A stretch of 59,996 nucleotides of DNA, filler included. It is 7 parts of 7 records of this genome, joined end to end, with 100 filler letters (N's around TTAATTAATTAA, not from the genome) between each part and the next. Parts side by side here need not be neighbours in the genome. Positions count along the whole stretch, not along the records: positions 14,510 to 20,456 come from SRR31156797_66182; positions 20,557 to 26,113 come from SRR31156797_66213; positions 26,214 to 40,077 come from SRR31156797_66358; 4 more parts are not named here. The stretch is one strand, 5' to 3'. The position numbers and the translations under genes were made by a program. Under the pieces are notes generated by a model, which saw nothing but the letters and a program-made list of their open reading frames with translations, was not told the DNA's origin and did not search any database. Of this stretch, positions 18,389 to 29,260 are shown piece after piece. Every line of letters begins with the position of its first letter. The stretch's first letter is position 1.

Positions 18389-19132
18389 TTACAGGGCGTT
18401 CAGGACTTCGTCGGGGATATCGGCATTGGAATAGAACTTCTGGATATCGTCACAGTCGTCCAGGGCTTCCATGAACCGTACCATCTGCTCCGCCTCTTTT
18501 CCCTCCAGCTTTGTCTGGGTCTGGGGAATCATGGTCACCTCGGCGAAATCGATCTTGATGGAAGCGTTCTCAATGGCTTCCCGCACGGCCTCAAAATCCT
18601 CCGGCTCGGTAATGATCTCAAAGCAGTCGCCCTCGTCCTTCACATCCTCGGCACCGGCATCGAGCCCGACTTCCATGAGCGTATCCTCGTCCGATTCGTC
18701 TTTTGAAACGGAGATCAGCCCTTTTTTATCGAACATCCAGGAAACGCATCCATCGGTGCCGATATTTCCGCCGGCCTTGCTGAAGATGTACCGGACATCG
18801 GCAACGGTGCGGTTCTTGTTGTCCGTGAGGCACTCCACGAGCACAGCCACGCCCCCGGGGCCGTAGCCCTCGTAGGACATCTCCGTGTAATCAACCCCCT
18901 CGAGTTCTCCCGTACCTTTTTTGATGGCCCGCTCAAGGTTGTCCTTGGGCATGTTCTGGTTCTTGGCCGCAGCAATGGCGGACCTCAGCCTGGGATTGCT
19001 ATCGGGATCCCCGCCGCCCATCCGGGCCGCAATGGTGACCTCCTTGATCAGTTTTGTGAATATTTTGCCCCGCTTGGCATCTGCGGCGCCTTTTTTATGT
19101 TTAATTGTCGACCATTTACTATGTCCTGACAT
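18389..19132 (-). CDS. yebC: YebC/PmpR family protein
   Basis: [30 protein letters not shown]. Confidence 0.97.
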   Translation of the reverse strand: MSGHSKWSTIKHKKGAADAKRGKIFTKLIKEVTIAARMGGGDPDSNPRLRSAIAAAKNQNMPKDNLERAIKKGTGELEGVDYTEMSYEGYGPGGVAVLVECLTDNKNRTVADVRYIFSKAGGNIGTDGCVSWMFDKKGLISVSKDESDEDTLMEVGLDAGAEDVKDEGDCFEIITEPEDFEAVREAIENASIKIDFAEVTMIPQTQTKLEGKEAEQMVRFMEALDDCDDIQKFYSNADIPDEVLNAL

Positions 19133-19144
19133 TATGCCTCCTTG

Positions 19145-19756
19145 TTATTTTTTACCTATTCCGATAATATATATCTCTTTGCTTGATTTTCTGCAACTCT
19201 CGGGCTTGAAAATCTTGTGCTGACCGAACCGCGATTTCACATCCTTTTCAAGCTGTTTAAACTCGGCGCCCTGGAAGATCTTGCACACAAAATTTCCCCC
19301 CGGGGCGAGCAGGTCACAGGCGACCCGCAGAGCTGCTTCGCAAAGATCAAAGGACCGTGCGCTATCCACATCCTTTCGCCCGGTGGTAGCCGGCGCCATG
19401 TCGCTCAACACCGCGTCATACCCCTCCCCCACGGCCTGGCCGAGGGTGGGTTCCATCTCAAAGATATCCCCAACATGGGCAACGGCATTGTCCGGAAGCG
19501 CTGATTCCACAGGCTTCAGATCGATGCCCACGGCACTTCCCGACCCGCCGGCTGTCTTGGCGGCATAGATGAGCCAGGAGCCGGGGGAGCAGCCCAGGTC
19601 AAGGACCCTGCCGCCTTTTTTGATCACCCGAAAACGCTTCTGTATCTCCATCAGCTTGTACACCGACCGTGCAGGATAGTTTTCCGCCTTGGCCTTTTGG
19701 GTTAAGTGGTCCGCCCACTGTGTCTTCTTATTTTTTGGCTTGCCTCTTTTTTTCAT
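19145..19756 (-). CDS. rlmE: 23S rRNA Um2552 methyltransferase RlmE/FtsJ
   Basis: RSVYKL, VLDLGCSPGSW, SDMAP, K.FQG, KP.S.R..S.E.Y. Confidence 0.95.
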   Translation of the reverse strand: MKKRGKPKNKKTQWADHLTQKAKAENYPARSVYKLMEIQKRFRVIKKGGRVLDLGCSPGSWLIYAAKTAGGSGSAVGIDLKPVESALPDNAVAHVGDIFEMEPTLGQAVGEGYDAVLSDMAPATTGRKDVDSARSFDLCEAALRVACDLLAPGGNFVCKIFQGAEFKQLEKDVKSRFGQHKIFKPESCRKSSKEIYIIGIGKK

Positions 19757-19774
19757 TTACCTTCCCAAACCGCG

Positions 19775-20456
19775 TTAAAAAACCAGCGCCATGATCTGCT
19801 TTAGAGAACTGACGCCCTGAATCTGTATTCCTTTTGTCTCCGGCACCTGCTTGAGGGAATTTTCCGGCACAAGACACCGGGTGAACCCCATCTTTACCGC
19901 CTCTTTTATTCGCTGCTCTGCATGGCTTACGGCCCGGATCTCACCGGTGAGCCCCACCTCCCCGAGCACGGTTGTCCCTTCCGGAACGGGCCGGTCCAGG
20001 AAGCTCGATGCCAGGGCAATGGCGATGCCAAGATCGGCCGCGGGCTCGGTCACCTTGACGCCGCCGGCCACATTCATGAAAATATCAAGCCCCGAAAGAT
20101 TCATCCCAAGGCGCTTCTCCATCACCGCGGCAATCAGGGCCACCCGGTTGTGGTCCAGTCCCAGGACCGTCCGCCGGGGCGTCCCGAAACCGGAACTCGA
20201 GGCCAGCCCCTGGATCTCCACCAGGATGGGCCGGGAGCCCTCCATGCTGGCCGTGACCACCGACCCGGGCGTATTCACCGGCCGTTCCGAGAGAAACACG
20301 GCAGAGGGATTGGGCACCTCTTCAAGGCCCTTCTCCTTCATCTCAAACACGCCGATCTCGTTGGTGGATCCAAACCGGTTCTTCACGGCCCTCAAGATCC
20401 TGAACACATGGCTTCGATCCCCTTCAAAATAGAGAACCGTATCCACCATGTGCTCC
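19775..20456 (-). CDS. radA: DNA repair protein RadA/Sms, C-terminal part
   Basis: KNRFG motif and Lon-like C-terminus GEVGLTGEIR; cut by contig end. Confidence 0.97.
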
Positions 20457-20556
20457 NNNNNNNNNNNNNNNNNNNNNNNNNNNNNNNNNNNNNNNNNNNN
20501 TTAATTAATTAANNNNNNNNNNNNNNNNNNNNNNNNNNNNNNNNNNNNNNNNNNNN
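20457..20556. other. Artificial contig spacer
   Basis: N linker. Confidence 0.99.
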
Positions 20557-23500
20557 CAATTGTCATTGCAGTCGGGTGTGCCGTCCCCGTCGCTGTCAAG
20601 TGGAGAAACGTTGATGGTCATGGTCTGGGGTAAACTGTCGTTTGTTCCGTCATTCACCGTAAACGAGAAACTGGCGTATGGGCTGCCGCTTTGGCCCGGA
20701 GCCGGTGTAAATGTCAGGTCGGGCAGCCCGGCAGCCGGGAGATCCTGCCCCGGGGTGACGGGGGTGCCGGCGAGGGCGAGGGTGCCCGGGTTCGGCGTGG
20801 TAACGATACTTACCTGCCGGAGGGCATCTCCTTCCGGATCGCTGAAGGGAAAATCAGCGGCGTTGAAGCTGTGAATCCCATTGACGGCAATGGTGATGGT
20901 CCGGTTTTCCGAGGAGGGGGGAAGGTTGGCGGTAACCGTGATTTTGACATCACTTGGGGCCGATGCGCCGCCGTCTCCGTCGGTGAGCACGAACCGGACC
21001 GTCCGTGTGGATTCCGTTGCTGCGGTGGTATTTGTATTGTGGTAGGCCAGGGCTCTTATGATTTCCTGGATTTGTGAAAGGGTTGTATTCCCGGGGGCCT
21101 GATTAAATGAAAGCTCAAGGTCGTTGCCCGTGTTGCCGTCGGCGGTGATTTCGGCAACCGGTTCCCCCGATACGGAGACGATATGCCCCATGGTGACACT
21201 GCCGTCATTGTCAATGGAGACGGCATCCCCGGTGTCAATGGTCAGAACGTCCTCAAGGGGTTCCTTGTTGATGGGAATGGATACGGTCAGAATGCCGCCG
21301 TAAAAATCAATGGAATCCGCATCGGTCACCGTGGCTTTTGCCGGCTGATCCATCACTGTTTGGTCGTCGCCGATTCTGTAAAAACAACTGTCGCCATCCA
21401 GGTCGTTGATGACCGGTGCATCGTTGACCCCGTTGACGGTGATGGTAAAGATTTGTTCCGTGGGGACCGGGACGCCGTCCTCCCCGCCGTCGGCCAGGGT
21501 AAAGAGAAATGTGTCGGACAGGGTCTCGCCGCCGTCGTGGGTGTATCTCAACCGGTTGTTGTCCAGGTCCGCCTGGGTAAAGGTGGCGTCTTTCGTGAAT
21601 TCTTCGCCCGGGGTAAGACGTCCGTCCCCGTCGGCATCCATCCACAGGGTGCCGTTGACCGGCAGGGCGGTCACGGTATAAAGAAGCCCGGTTCCTTGAT
21701 CGTCCGGGTCTAAAGCGGTGAGGTGGGTTGGGTTAATGGCGGCGGTTGCGCCTTCGTCAAGGGCGTGGGCACCGGTCAATCCGGGATTGGTCAGGGCGGG
21801 CGCCTGATTCACCGGCGTGATGGTGATTGTCGGTGTGGCGGTTGTTTCCAGGCCCTCCTTGTCATTGAGGGTAAAGGTCACCGTCCGGATGGCGGCGTCG
21901 GCCGTGGGTGCCAGGGAGGTGTTCCGGTAGGTAACGGCCCGTACCAGTTCCTGGACAATGGTGTTGGTGGCGTCTGCCCTGAAGTTGATCGCCAGGATGT
22001 CCCCATTTGTTGCGATGCCGTCGTTGTGGGTGCCGCTGGTGTCGGCCAGGGCGGCGATGACGGTGCCGGAATGGAAGAGATTACCGCTGGAAATGGTGAA
22101 ATTACCAGTGGTGTCAATGGCCAGCTCGTCATGGGCATGGGCCCCATCGGTGATCTGAATGGTGAGGCCTGCGCCGGTGTCCCAGTCCGTGTCCCCGTCG
22201 GCGTCCCCGGCGGTGCCTGCTGCATCCACGTCCGTGGCCGGGTGGCCTTCGGTAAAGGCGCCATGGGCCACGGAGAGGTGGGGCCGGCGGTTGGCGTTGA
22301 TGACTTCCACCGGGTTACCTGTGGGGTCCGAGGTGTCGCCCATGGTGAATCGGGTACACCAGTCGTCTGCCGCCGATAGATTGTAGGGGGTTCCGTCCGA
22401 CGCGGCCATGCCGTCCTTGTCCATGATGGCCATTAGGGCGGCCCGGTCGGCCGGGGCCATGGCCACCGTGAACCCGGTTTCCGAATCCCGGTTCACATTT
22501 GGGGTGAGGGGTGTGAGGGGGTGGGAGCCGGCCCGGCCCGTGAGGGTCAGGAGGGAGACATTGATATCCATGGCGTGCTGGGCCGGGATGTGGGTCCCGG
22601 TTACCATGAGCACCCCTTCCTTGGCCGAATACACGGCCGAGATTATTCGGGGGGGGATAGGGCAAAAAGCGGGGTCGAATTTCACATTGCACAGCTGACA
22701 ATCCTGGCCGCCTGCGGGGGCAAGGTCAATGGAACCGATTCCGGCGTACTTCGTCAGGTCGATGGTTTCCCGGTTATTATCGTCGGCTGCCGCTTGGACA
22801 AAGATGGCGATGGCGGTTCCCGCGGGATCGTAGACGGTGATTTTGATACTGTCGTTCTGTCTGCTTCGGAAGTCCCCCATGGTGATCAGCAGGTTGTCAA
22901 CACCGTATGGCAGTTCGGCTGGGTTAAAACTAATGGTGAGAGCCCCGTGATCCTGCGCGTCAATTTTTGTGTCGGATCTTCCGCCGCTAATTCCGGCGCC
23001 GTCGCTATTCAGCCGGGCATTGCTGCTCAGCTCCAAATTGGTGGCGGCCCAATCAATTCCGTTTTTGGTTGCCAGATCCTCCGATTTGCCGGAGGGCAAG
23101 GGGATTACCGTCACCGTTGCCGTGTCCCTGTGGGAAGCGCCGGTGGCGTCGGTGACAAGGAGGCCGATGGTGTAGGTGCCGCCCGCGTTCCAGGTAAAGG
23201 CGGGGGCGACCCCGGTGGCGTCGTCATAGGAGCCGTCGTTGTCAAGGTCCCATTTATAGGTCTGGATATTGTTATCCGGGTCGCTTGACCCGTGGGCGCT
23301 GAGGGTGATGGCCGCTCCTTCGTTTCCGGTGTAGGGCCCCCCTGCCTCGGCCGTGGGGGCGTTGGCCGTGGCCGCCCTGACCCCGTAGGGCGTTCCGTTG
23401 GCGGCCGTGCCGTTGAAACTGATCCAGCCCAGGCTTTCGCTCCAGGCATGGCCCGAAAACCGGCCGGTGGCAGGATCGATGCTGACACCGCCGTGGGTGG

Positions 23501-23864
23501 GGCTGAAGTTGATCCAGCCGATATTTTCCCCCCAGGCATGGCCCGACAGATGCCCGGCCCCGTCGTTGTTGACGCCGTAGGTGCCGGGACCGTTGTTGGC
23601 ATAGGTATGGGCCCCGCCCCCGGTATGGGAGCCCAGCCGGATGAAACCCGTATTCTCCGACCAGGCATATCCCTCCAGGTGGTCGTCATAAACAGCCGCG
23701 GGGTGCCCCTTTGAGGGGTTGAAATTGATCCAGCCCGTGTTCTCCGACCAGGCCCATTTGTTCACGGGGTCTATCCCTGCGGCGGATGCGCAAGGGCTCC
23801 AGGCCAGTGCCAGCATAAACGCCAGAACCAGGGTTTTCATGAATTTAAGTTCAGGCTGGACCAT
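20557..23864 (-). CDS. Large secreted/surface protein with AWxENxGWI repeats, PKD and cadherin-like/Ig domains; 3' truncated
   Basis: Signal peptide; four AW(S/G)E(N/S)xG(W/F)I repeats; NAPTAEAGGPY...Y.WDLDNDG (PKD); FTQADLDNNRL.Y.HDGGET and VNDAP (cadherin-like); DSDGDG at the break. Confidence 0.85.
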
Positions 23865-23900
23865 GTCAAAAATCTCCGGTTGAAGTGTTTAATTTGTGAT

Positions 23901-24731
23901 TCAAGGTACCCATCGTCTATTGCGAACGGGACAGATATAGGCTGATGAGAAATCGGGCGTCCCATCTTCAACACCAAAAAGCAGTGTCGCAAACAGGATA
24001 CCGTTTTGGTAGGCTATCGGATCGATCGTGCTTGTCCAATAACGGCCATTCGGGAAAGTTGCAAACCCACGTTTATTCCCGGGGCCTGCAGCTTCCGGCC
24101 CTGCTTGCAAACTGTTCAATTCTTTTTCCGAGGGTAATCGCCAGTCTTTCCAATTGGAACCGTCATTAAGCGACTGCACCCCATTAGCGCCGTCATATAT
24201 GCCATGTGTTGCCACACTGGCTCCGTAGGCTGAGGTTGGGGTGATGTTCAATTGCGCGATATCCTTAAGCCACACTAGCCCCGTTGTCATATCGGTTATG
24301 GTGCCGTCTCCATTGTCGCACCATCTGGTGCCGTGGAGGGTGCCTTCGCATGTCAGGCAGCTTGTGGCGGTGCCCGTGGCCACTCCCCATGTGCCGTCCG
24401 TGCGCAGGCTCCAGAACTTTTTACCCTTGGCGACCTCTTCGGGTTTTGCCCCATCCGTATTATCCGGGGCGGGCATTTTTGCCATAACCGCATTCAGGGT
24501 GTGCATGGTCGATGATGACGGAGGCACCGACGGCCCGGTAAATCCCCCCGAAGGAGGCGTGCCTTCAGCGCCCGTGTCCAGGCGGTTATAAAGGTCCTCC
24601 AGGGTATGCATGGCACCGGCAGTCTCATCGGGCGATGCAGGCGGATCAAGCTCGCCCCCATTTGGAATTCCCGGCAGCAGAATAAAAACCGCTGCGACTA
24701 AAAGTGTTGCCACGGGTTTTAATGTGTTCAT
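23901..24731 (-). CDS. Secreted protein: conserved N-module + DUF1566 (Lcl C-terminal) domain
   Basis: DNGDGTITD..TGLVW, DWRLP..KEL, YWTST, ..VR are DUF1566 hallmarks; signal peptide. Confidence 0.85.
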   Translation of the reverse strand: MNTLKPVATLLVAAVFILLPGIPNGGELDPPASPDETAGAMHTLEDLYNRLDTGAEGTPPSGGFTGPSVPPSSSTMHTLNAVMAKMPAPDNTDGAKPEEVAKGKKFWSLRTDGTWGVATGTATSCLTCEGTLHGTRWCDNGDGTITDMTTGLVWLKDIAQLNITPTSAYGASVATHGIYDGANGVQSLNDGSNWKDWRLPSEKELNSLQAGPEAAGPGNKRGFATFPNGRYWTSTIDPIAYQNGILFATLLFGVEDGTPDFSSAYICPVRNRRWVP

Positions 24732-24843
24732 TTAAATCTCCTTGCAAAAGCGGACTGAATTGCCGTAAGCCTTGTCTGGTCATTATTATGGCTTGCTTGT
24801 GTGAGCAAATATATTTTCCGTTAAATTCTGTTAAAATGGCGTA

Positions 24844-24879
24844 AGCGCTTGAAAATACTCTTAGGATTTTCAGGGCGCT
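24844..24879. other. Intergenic inverted repeat
   Basis: AGCGCTTGAAAAT...ATTTTCAGGGCGCT. Confidence 0.5.
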
Positions 24880-24946
24880 CCGTGGTGGCCCTGTTTCTTA
24901 TCTGAATGGTGAAGCATGGCGGCCACGGGAATGGGTTCCACAGGAG

Positions 24947-25678
24947 CTAATGACAATTTTTCTGGCTGGCTACGACCTTGGTTCCCCCCACGGTAGGTTG
25001 ATTTGCGAAATCCAAAGCAGCGCCGTTGCACAGCTCGGAATTTGAGTAAATAGTCAGGTTGCCTTTGACGTTTTTCAGGTTTCTCAGGCTGTTAAGGGTT
25101 ATTACACGGGTGAAATCGATGAGCAGATTCCCGGTAATGGTTTCAAGACACTCCAGTCCTTCAAGGGTCGTTACCTCGGGGCCGGTAATTCTCAGATTAC
25201 CATCCACTGAAGAATAACCGGTTAAATTTTTCAGTTGGGCCGATGAGGTGATTTCAACATCTCCCTTAGACGTCCCTTTGCCGCATGTGACAGCAACATT
25301 CGGTTCTTTGGTGCCTGTTTGCAATCCCCAGGTATTGTCGGCTTTATTTAATCCCCAGAATGTTTTGCCCTTTGCCACATCACCGGGTGTAGCTCCGTTC
25401 ACGTTGTCGACATGGGGGGCGGCATCCGTGATTTGTGTGAGTGTGTGCATGGTGTTTTGGGGAGAATGTGTCGGTTCCGTGAAGGGGCCGGGCCGTTTTA
25501 CCCCCATGGTACCGGTGCGGAGAAGATTGTGGAGATCTTCCAGGGTGTACATGGCGGAGGCGGTATCCGTGGGGGAAGCGGGGGCGTCCAGGTCGCCGCA
25601 AAACGAGGTCCCGGGGGACGTCATGGGAATAATGAGCAGGAAAAATATGAGTATCTGGCATTGGCGGCGGATGTTCAT
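24947..25678 (-). CDS. Secreted protein: same N-module + receptor-L/LRR-like beta-solenoid C-terminus
   Basis: Repeats VDGNLRI / ITGNLLI / VKGNLTI with L..L..L spacing; N-terminus homologous to 23901..24731. Confidence 0.8.
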   Translation of the reverse strand: MNIRRQCQILIFFLLIIPMTSPGTSFCGDLDAPASPTDTASAMYTLEDLHNLLRTGTMGVKRPGPFTEPTHSPQNTMHTLTQITDAAPHVDNVNGATPGDVAKGKTFWGLNKADNTWGLQTGTKEPNVAVTCGKGTSKGDVEITSSAQLKNLTGYSSVDGNLRITGPEVTTLEGLECLETITGNLLIDFTRVITLNSLRNLKNVKGNLTIYSNSELCNGAALDFANQPTVGGTKVVASQKNCH

Positions 25679-25709
25679 TGCACGGCTCCTTCATGGATTG
25701 ATTCATTGA

Positions 25710-26113
25710 TCAAAATTTAAAATTGGCCATTGGGTGGTTCGAAGGGCTGGTATTGCTGATCTCATCCCCTGAGTTTACGTTGACAATCGGACCATAGGGG
25801 TTCCCGAGTGCAATCTCATAATTTTGGCCGTTGGCCTCGACGGCATTCCGGACCACCAGATTGCCGCTGCCCTCGACCTTGATCTTCACGGTGCCGGACG
25901 TACAGTGATTGGCTTCGATCCGGCTGCCGGAGCCCGTAATATGGATTTCCGCCAAACCATTTTCATGGGATTTATTTCCGGTAAGGGCGCCTGCCCCGTC
26001 TCCCCTGAACCCATCTCCGTCATTGTAGGCGGCAAGGCTGACACGGATGGCACATGCCGTTTCATAGTCAAACCCGTTTCCATTTTGAGATGCGGAACAG
26101 GTCATTGCGGAAC
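25710..26113 (-). CDS. Right-handed parallel beta-helix protein, C-terminal part
   Basis: Repeated N.G.G/GN motifs and ending GNLVVRN...NY.I..GN..GPI...HP.ANF; cut by contig end. Confidence 0.65.
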
Positions 26114-26213
26114 NNNNNNNNNNNNNNNNNNNNNNNNNNNNNNNNNNNNNNNNNNNNTTAATTAATTAANNNNNNNNNNNNNNNNNNNNNNNNNNNNNNN
26201 NNNNNNNNNNNNN
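26114..26213. other. Artificial contig spacer
   Basis: N linker. Confidence 0.99.
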
Positions 26214-26342
26214 AAGATCCCCTTTTGAGTCCCTGTTCCGGCAGGAGCTGAGGACGGGGCAATCTATTGGGCGCCTCTGTTTTTGTGCCCTTCGGTCAAT
26301 TTTTCTTCAAGCCGCCGCCGATTCGATTGTCCGGAATACATC

Positions 26343-27866
26343 TCATTCCGAAAAACTCCATGCAAACTCAGATGATGTCACGACCCGGTTTCGTCCGGTC
26401 CTTTTGGCTTCATACAGAGCATCATCGGCTCTGCTGAGTATGGCTCTGTAACCTAGGTCGGCAGATCCTTTAGATGAGTTGAAAATACCGATGGAAACGG
26501 TCAGCGGAACAGTCTTATCCGATACCGCAAGCGGTGAGGCTTCAATGTTTCTGCGGATGCGCTCGGCAATGATCTCCGAGCTTTCAGCTCCCTCGCAATG
26601 TAGGAGAACAGCAAATTCTTCTCCACCAATTCGCGCGGCGAAGTCACATTCCCGTAAGGCAACCTTTATGATTCGGGAAACGTGTTTCAAAGCCTGATCT
26701 CCTAAATCATGTCCCCATGTATCGTTGACCGCTTTGAAATGGTCGATATCCAGGAAAAGCAAGCTGAACGGTCGGCTGCTCTCTTTCCGGCTTTCATGAA
26801 TCATTTGGGTGAAGCGCTTATCAAAGGAACCTCGGTTGGCAATCCCTGTAAGCGGGTCAAGGGTCGCTTTGCGATAAAGCTCCTCCTCTTTCTTCTTGCG
26901 CTCCGGAATATCGATAATGATACCTGCCATTTTTTCCAGACGGCCTTCATCGTTCAGGATTATTCTGGCGATGACTTCGCTCCATATATATTCGTTGTCG
27001 CGGAGAATCCGGAGGTCTTGGCGTAAGTTCGTATCCCCGCATTTGAGAATCCTGCGCAGGCTGTCAAAGGTCTCTTCCATGTCAGCGGGGTGTATGTATT
27101 TTAAGATTTGCAGCAAGGGCAGGTGGCGATTGTCTTTCAGTCTTTTTATATGGGAGAGGATCTTTGAGTTGAACCAGCAGTATCCGCTGTTGAAATCGAT
27201 CTCCCATGTGCTGGACTCCATAAGATGGGATAATATCTCAACCTGTCTATTCGTAGAGCTTAATCGACTGTGGATTACGGCGCTGGAAATCATGTGAGAT
27301 GCCAAACTCAGCAATGCAATTTCCTCGCGGCTCCATCGGCGCGGCCGCGTGCAGTCATCCAATCCGAATAAGCCCCACCACTCACCCCGGACTATAACCG
27401 GAATGCTCACGGTTGACTGCACTTCCTGAGCCCTCTGGTAGTCTTTAAAATCACACTCGTCCAGTTCATGGATGATAACGCTTTGCCATTCTCCCTTCCT
27501 GCGGCTATTGACCAGGGCGCGATATGTTGGTGAGCACGTTTCGAATTCCCAGTGCTTTGTGTCAAATCGTGGTCTCTTCTTGAGGGCGTATTTCTGATCA
27601 TCTACCCATTCGAAGGGAAAGTTCATAGTCATGTGCTTATCATTCAGCTCCAGAACCTGGAAGAGCCAGACACGATTCGCACCCGTAATGCGGCCAAGCC
27701 TGGCGATCAGTTCGGAAACCCCATCGGGCCATCCTTTCCCGCTGCTGAGTTCTTCAGCACTAACGGCAAGGGCGGGGAGAAAATGAGACCTTTCGTCCGG
27801 TTCCAGTTGAGGAAGCTCAGAAGTTTTTCCGGTACGTATACCGGGTATCTTTTCTATTGCGTTCAT
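26343..27866 (-). CDS. GAF-PAS diguanylate cyclase
   Basis: DPLTGIANR, DIDHFKAVNDTWGH..GD, RxxD I-site (RECD), GGEEF, ADDALYEAK..GRN. Confidence 0.95.
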   Translation of the reverse strand: MNAIEKIPGIRTGKTSELPQLEPDERSHFLPALAVSAEELSSGKGWPDGVSELIARLGRITGANRVWLFQVLELNDKHMTMNFPFEWVDDQKYALKKRPRFDTKHWEFETCSPTYRALVNSRRKGEWQSVIIHELDECDFKDYQRAQEVQSTVSIPVIVRGEWWGLFGLDDCTRPRRWSREEIALLSLASHMISSAVIHSRLSSTNRQVEILSHLMESSTWEIDFNSGYCWFNSKILSHIKRLKDNRHLPLLQILKYIHPADMEETFDSLRRILKCGDTNLRQDLRILRDNEYIWSEVIARIILNDEGRLEKMAGIIIDIPERKKKEEELYRKATLDPLTGIANRGSFDKRFTQMIHESRKESSRPFSLLFLDIDHFKAVNDTWGHDLGDQALKHVSRIIKVALRECDFAARIGGEEFAVLLHCEGAESSEIIAERIRRNIEASPLAVSDKTVPLTVSIGIFNSSKGSADLGYRAILSRADDALYEAKRTGRNRVVTSSEFAWSFSE

Positions 27867-28107
27867 TCACCTTCACATCTTTAAACATGGCAACGGCATA
27901 TATTACTGTTAATCACAACACCCATGGGAGGTGTTTGGAAAATAACCGCATTATATCTTTCCACAGGTCGGAGTGTCTATTTTTTTTCGGGATTTAAAAT
28001 AGGAATCCGCGTCCGAGAAGCAAGGGAAGGAAGTATTAGTCTTGAGACCGATGTGGCAGATCCCGGTCAAAGGGAGCGGAATGCTGTTGGGGAGCCACAT
28101 GATGGCT

Positions 28108-29187
28108 TCATTTCCTGGTATAGATCCACGAGGCGATCACGGCGGTTAGCGGGGCGACCAGGACAAGCCCCGTACTGCCCGACAGTATCCTCAGGACCTC
28201 CGCCGAGACAAGCTTGAAGTTGATCATCCTGCTGAAGCTGGTCTCCTGACTGTAGAAGAGCATAAGCAGGGTGATATAGCCACCCGAGTAGGCCAGAAGA
28301 AGGGTGGTGGTCATGGTCCCTATCACGGCGCGGCCGATGGAGAACCCCGATTTGATCAGATCCTTCAGACGCATATCCGGCCGCTTCAGGTGGATCTCTT
28401 CAAGAGAGGCGGCGATGTCCATGGCGATGTCCATGGCGGCGCCCGAAGCCCCCAGTATGATGGAGCAGAAGAAGACCTCCCGCATATTGATATGCATGTA
28501 TCCCTTGATCAGAAGGGTCTGGGAAAAGGGAGCGGTCATGCCCTTCAGTCCCATGGGGACGCCGAAAAGACGGGTGATCAGAACAGTCAGCACAAGTCCC
28601 GCGAGGGTTCCCAGAAAGGCGGCCAGTCCCTTGCGGTTGAAGCCGGCTATGGAAAAGAGGATGATGGCCGCCAGCAGCACCAGCACCGCCACGGTCAGAG
28701 GGAAGGGGGGGATGCCGGCCAGAAGGCCTTTGATCAGCAGATGCCAGATCACGAAGACGCTGGCCAGAAAGGAGATCAGAGCCCGGACACCTGTTTTTCC
28801 CGCAAACACGAGGAGAGCCGCGACAAAGAGGCCCATAAGCAGCAATTCCAGCGGCCAGCGGTAGAGGTCCACGGCCATCGCGGCTTTGATCTCGCCGTCC
28901 TTCTCTTTTATGGCCGCGATGATCCTGTCGCCCTCTTCGTAGAAATTGTCAATCTCCATGCTTCCGGTGAGGTGGTTCGTCGCCACGGCCTCTTCTCCCT
29001 TGTGGGAGCCTTCGAGAAGGCGGACAGTCAATTCCTGGTAGCCCAGACGGCCTACCCCCGACTCGATGACCTCGTCGTTTCTGGCCGCCAGCACCCGGGC
29101 GGTGATTTCGTCCTCATCGGGACCGGAGAGGAAAAAAAACAGGCCGGCCAGTACAGCCAGCAACAGTATGGGCAGTGAATTCTTCAT
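28108..29187 (-). CDS. YibE/F family membrane protein
   Basis: GASGAAMDIAMDI, G.A.IGTMTTTLLLAYSG, multiple TM segments. Confidence 0.9.
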   Translation of the reverse strand: MKNSLPILLLAVLAGLFFFLSGPDEDEITARVLAARNDEVIESGVGRLGYQELTVRLLEGSHKGEEAVATNHLTGSMEIDNFYEEGDRIIAAIKEKDGEIKAAMAVDLYRWPLELLLMGLFVAALLVFAGKTGVRALISFLASVFVIWHLLIKGLLAGIPPFPLTVAVLVLLAAIILFSIAGFNRKGLAAFLGTLAGLVLTVLITRLFGVPMGLKGMTAPFSQTLLIKGYMHINMREVFFCSIILGASGAAMDIAMDIAASLEEIHLKRPDMRLKDLIKSGFSIGRAVIGTMTTTLLLAYSGGYITLLMLFYSQETSFSRMINFKLVSAEVLRILSGSTGLVLVAPLTAVIASWIYTRK

Positions 29188-29207
29188 AGGGTTTCTTTAA
29201 GGAAGAG

Positions 29208-29245
29208 TCCGGCCCTCCGTTCCCCGGGGAACGGAGGATGCCGGA
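29208..29245. terminator. Perfect 24-bp palindrome / stem-loop between alkaline phosphatase and yibE/F
   Basis: CCTCCGTTCCCC-GGGGAACGGAGG (29214-29237), extended by CCGGC/GCCGG. Confidence 0.6.
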
Positions 29246-29260
29246 TTCATAGTATCGGGA

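Noticed and set aside
23901-24300. DUF1566 gene as target of a diversity-generating retroelement
   Set aside because: I found no template repeat differing at adenines and no reverse transcriptase in the window; cannot be excluded elsewhere in the genome
24804-24820. Sigma-54 promoter for the DUF1566 gene (minus-strand GG...TTGC)
   Set aside because: GG-GC spacing is 11 nt rather than the required 10
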